Translations under genes and position numbers: made by a program
Shown: positions 41,397-44,619 of the stretch, piece by piece
Numbering within the stretch: position 1 is the first letter of the stretch
How the letters are laid out: each line of letters begins with the position of its first letter
From: Chrysochromulina tobinii
Lineage: Eukaryota
DNA length: 44,619 nucleotides
Reading direction: 5' to 3'
Assembly (NCBI GenBank): GCA_001275005.1
Contig: JWZX01002861.1
Location: 1-44,619, forward strand
Notes under the pieces: generated by a model
What the model saw: the letters and a program-made list of their open reading frames with translations, nothing else
Told to the model about the DNA's origin: nothing
The model's database searches: none

Positions 41397-41726
41397 CTCG
41401 AGGCCGCGGCAGGGCCGGACTCGATGCAGGCGGAGGGCAGCGTGCCCGGCCCTGGCGCGGATACGAGGCAGCTCGGCGGAGGGGGGGCGGCGACGGAGAA
41501 GTTGGCGAGGGCGACGGTGGAGGAAGTGGCGAGGGCGACGGTGGCCATGGAAGTGACGGCGAAAGACCCGAGCAGCGGCAAGAAGGCGGCGGCCAAGAGG
41601 AAGACGACGGGCAGCGGCAGCGGGGCGGCTACAGCAGCCACAACCTCCACAACAACCACACCGGTAGCATCACCGGCAAGACCCAAGGCGAGCAAAGACA
41701 AGAAGAGTAAGGCAAAGGCGAAGTAA
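41397..41726 (+). CDS. Candidate in-frame C-terminal extension of UBA1 (109 codons, Lys-rich)
   Basis: Same frame as UBA1, with no stop between TGA (41394-41396) and TAA (41724-41726); coding-like codons. Confidence 0.5.
   Translation, partial: LEAAAGPDSMQAEGSVPGPGADTRQLGGGGAATEKLARATVEEVARATVAMEVTAKDPSSGKKAAAKRKTTGSGSGAATAATTSTTTTPVASPARPKASKDKKSKAKAK
41404..41460 (+). promoter_or_regulatory. Stem-loop 7 nt downstream of the UBA1 stop (candidate readthrough stimulator)
   Basis: ccgcggcagggccgg (41404-41418) pairs with ccggccctggcgcgg (41446-41460) at 14 of 15 positions. Confidence 0.5.
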
Positions 41727-41886
41727 ATTGTCTCAGGGAGAAGCATGTGTCTCTGAGTGCGTTGTGCTTAATCCAGAAGTACCTCAAAGGTGGGTGTGAA
41801 CGTCCGGGGTGTGAAAGCTCAAACCCCAGCTCTCTTGCGAGCTGCAGCCGAGACTGCTGCTTGAACAACTTCACTTGCCACGAGCC

Positions 41887-43038
41887 ATGCGGCTTTCTGC
41901 GCTCCAGCTGCTGCTGCTCGCCTCGTCCGTGACGCGGTCGTCGGCGTTCGGAGACGATCACATGGTGCAGGACCTGAAGGCCTCCATGAGCAACATGCCC
42001 GCGATGATCCGCGACAACGTCAAGCGCTTCCAGGTGGGCACGAAGCAGATGTGGCTCAATGGCAAGGCCGCTGGCGTGGTGCGCCGGCGTGTCGAGCGCG
42101 GCGGCGAGGCGCTCAGCTACGCCGAGCTTCAGCTGCTGCGCCGCTCGGGCGAGGATACCTTCAAGCTGCTGCGCGCGGGCGCGATGTGGCTCGTCGCGCC
42201 CGAGCTCTTTCCGGTGCTCCTCTACTTCTACCCGCGTGCGCTGCCATCGACCTTCGAGACGGAGACCGACCGCGAGCGCCGTCGCGGCACGCTCGCGCGC
42301 ATGCGTACCGCCGCGGCACTCGAGCTCCTCAGCACGCTCGAGGAGCAGAAGGCCACAAACACCGGCCGCAAGGCGCTCGCGGCTGCGGAGCAGTGTGAGG
42401 CTGCGGAGCTGTTGTTGCGTGCCAAGTCGTCTAGCCACGCGCTCGCGTTCGTGCAGGGCCGCGCGCTCGCACTGGCGCCGGAGGCGAAGATCTACCAGCA
42501 CTACAACCGCATCGCGGAGCGTGAGGCGCAGAAGCGCCGTCCCCGCAAGGACGGCAAGGTGCCCGAGGTGAGCGTCGGCCAGTCGAGTGGTTTGGGCAAG
42601 GCCGCTCTGATGGGACTCTCCCAGCCTGTCCTCAAGGCGGGGTGCAAGCTGATCGGCGTCTCGGGCCCGCAGCCGGGCATGTTCCGCCGCGGTGCCCTCG
42701 GCGCCCACCTCGAGGGCCTCGTCCTCGAGGACAGCATCCTCGCCGCGCAGGGCACGAGTGCCTTGGGGCGCGAGGAGCTCGTCGAAGCGTGCCTCGATCG
42801 CGGCTTCGGATCGACAGCGCTCAACGACGCGCAGCTGCGCCGGCTGCTGGACGAGTGGCTCCATCTCGTGCGCTCGCGCGGCGACGTCGCCGTCGCCGGC
42901 GGCGAGGGTGTGCAGGGCGCTCTCTTTGAGCCGCATCGGCTTCGGCTCGCCGCTATGGCAGCATGCGCGACGGCCGCTGTACGGCGCGAGGCCGACTCGA
43001 TGAGCGTGCTGCCGCGCCTGGTCTACGCGCGCAGCTGA
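41887..43038 (+). CDS. LETM1-like domain protein with an N-terminal signal peptide
   Basis: LSYAELQLLRRSGED.FKL, YFYPRALPSTF and EDSIL...G...LGREELVEACLDRG are LETM1-RBD-like; N-terminus MRLSALQLLLLASSVTRSSAF. Confidence 0.8.
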   Translation: MRLSALQLLLLASSVTRSSAFGDDHMVQDLKASMSNMPAMIRDNVKRFQVGTKQMWLNGKAAGVVRRRVERGGEALSYAELQLLRRSGEDTFKLLRAGAMWLVAPELFPVLLYFYPRALPSTFETETDRERRRGTLARMRTAAALELLSTLEEQKATNTGRKALAAAEQCEAAELLLRAKSSSHALAFVQGRALALAPEAKIYQHYNRIAEREAQKRRPRKDGKVPEVSVGQSSGLGKAALMGLSQPVLKAGCKLIGVSGPQPGMFRRGALGAHLEGLVLEDSILAAQGTSALGREELVEACLDRGFGSTALNDAQLRRLLDEWLHLVRSRGDVAVAGGEGVQGALFEPHRLRLAAMAACATAAVRREADSMSVLPRLVYARS

Positions 43039-43360
43039 GAGCAGCGCGGCCAGACGGCGCGAAGTCCTCTCGGTCAATGAGCTTGATGATGATGCACATG
43101 TAGATCAAGACTTTGTCGTGAGAACAGCTGCGACGTATCGGATACGGAGTGCGGTCACTCCGGTAACACTCGGGTGCTCCTGTGTGAGAAGATGTAAAAC
43201 GTGGGGTGGCGCGTGTGGCGCGGATGTGTACGATTTAGAAAATACAAGGCGCACGGTTTCAAAAACGACTGCACACCGTGCTGTCACCCGACCTTAACCC
43301 ACGCATGCATACCCCTATGCGCTATGCCCATGGCTGTGCCGGGTACCAGGCCGCGCGTAT

Positions 43361-43394
43361 CGAATACAACCACACTTCGAATACAACCACACTT
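43361..43394. repeat. Perfect 17-nt tandem duplication (cgaatacaaccacactt x2)
   Basis: Read directly from the sequence. Confidence 0.95.
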
Positions 43395-43978
43395 GAAGCC
43401 CGGGCCGACGCGATTGACGATTCTGCTAAATTCTCGGTTCCTTATCGGTTGACGGTTCTCGACTCGTCGTTGTGCACCTACAGTTGACAGTTCGGGTTCG
43501 GTTTCTTGGAGTCGGTCCCAGCGCGAGCAAGAGCGCGCGAGACCTTAGCGAGATCCGGGACCGGCGCCGCGCGGTCACGAAGATATACTGCGAGTCTCGG
43601 GAGCGGGGTTAAGAGCGCGGCCGGTTGGTCAAGTCCGATAGAGCCATGTGGTGCATGGATCGGATATATATCTCCGAAGGATGTACGATCACCATATCAC
43701 GACCACCCTCGCTATCAAGCCGCACGAAGCCGCGCCTTACTACACATCAACTTTACACATTTCATTGTCGTTGTCGTCAACGGAACCGACGACACACGAA
43801 CTGTCACAACTCGCACGCTCATACGTAAAGACGTGCTTTGTCAACAGCCCCCCCACGAGCGTGGGCTCGACAGGGCGGAAGGCGAGGGAGAGCCAGAGGG
43901 CTGATGTCTGAGGCATGAGGCAGAGATGCGTCGTCAAGCGATCGTCAACGCAACGGTGATACGATCGAACTCCACGCT

Positions 43979-44407
43979 CTACACAACTTGCAGGCCTTTC
44001 CTCGGGGGGCTTCCCCTGTCCATCGTCTCGTTCTTTGGCGCGTCAGAGGCCGTGGGTTTCTTCACGATGCTCGCACGCGTCGCGCAGCATGCCCTCCTCG
44101 GGTAGATGGTGCAAAATGGCAAGGGAGTGCATATGATTGGAGTGTCACTGTCGCACGGGCAAGATCCCTGGACGTCAAAGCAGAAGACGGTACACTTGAG
44201 TTTGCATAAGGTGGCATTGCACTTGCACGTCGGTCCGCAGCAGCAGCAGGCACCCGGATTGCATATCGAGCAAAGGTCGAAGCAGCACGTCACATCGGCA
44301 CAGCAAACCATTATATCGCCGCGGCACCCAATCTTGGGGGGGAGAACGATTGCTGCATTGCAGCAGCAGCAGCCTGAGACGAGCGTGTCCATGCTGCAGC
44401 ACCCCAT
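43979..44407 (-). CDS. Small cysteine-rich protein (142 aa, 28 Cys) with an MGCC N-terminus
   Basis: ATG at 44407; CC and CCCC clusters; SCPCDSDTPIIC.PLPFC..YP...CC. Confidence 0.75.
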   Translation of the reverse strand: MGCCSMDTLVSGCCCCNAAIVLPPKIGCRGDIMVCCADVTCCFDLCSICNPGACCCCGPTCKCNATLCKLKCTVFCFDVQGSCPCDSDTPIICTPLPFCTIYPRRACCATRASIVKKPTASDAPKNETMDRGSPPRKGLQVV

Positions 44408-44619
44408 CGCCTCTGAGATACGTTGGTCAACCCGAGACCCTCTCGTGCTCCCGAGGGTCTCGGAGACGAGCGCGGACGCACACACTCGCACGCCAAATCA
44501 GTGTGATGCGAAAAGCAAGTTCGCAAAGTTCGACAGTGCAGCTACCGCGTAGCTAAACAACTTCTGACGGGCCTCCCTCTGAAGCTCATTCACACACACT
44601 CTCCCCTCAGGCATTTGTA

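Noticed and set aside
127..43077. Many long antisense or alternate-frame ORFs (e.g. 127-1407, 11901-13349, 26818-28044, 38121-39446, 41629-43077)
   Set aside because: They are shadow ORFs expected from high GC3 and overlap well-supported genes.

Overview
Gene-dense, GC-rich eukaryotic nuclear DNA with short GT-AG introns. It is probably from an alga; a haptophyte such as a Chrysochromulina-like organism is my inference from gene content and intron repeats, not proven. About 18 protein-coding genes are supported: a GT47/exostosin glycosyltransferase, a 1517-aa orphan polytopic membrane protein, several coiled-coil proteins, a ~2650-aa Sfi1-like Trp-repeat protein, an LRR protein, an R3H-associated protein, a UCP-like mitochondrial carrier, an ODA-DC-like protein, PDI-C, a CRT-like transporter, a METTL4-like MT-A70 methyltransferase, ATG3, ARP6, UBA1, a LETM1-like protein and a Cys-rich protein. 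No rRNA, tRNA, CRISPR or intact transposase was seen. Best candidate for a new system: the UBA1 TGA stop lies in a leaky UGA-C context, a 15-bp GC stem (14/15 pairs) starts 7 nt later, and the frame stays open for 109 more coding-like codons that end in Lys-rich NLS-like motifs. This suggests a C-terminally extended E1 isoform made by readthrough or by a cryptic intron. Second theme: apparent intron birth by local duplication in the Sfi1-like gene, plus a duplicated start site that creates an overlapping uORF on the carrier gene.
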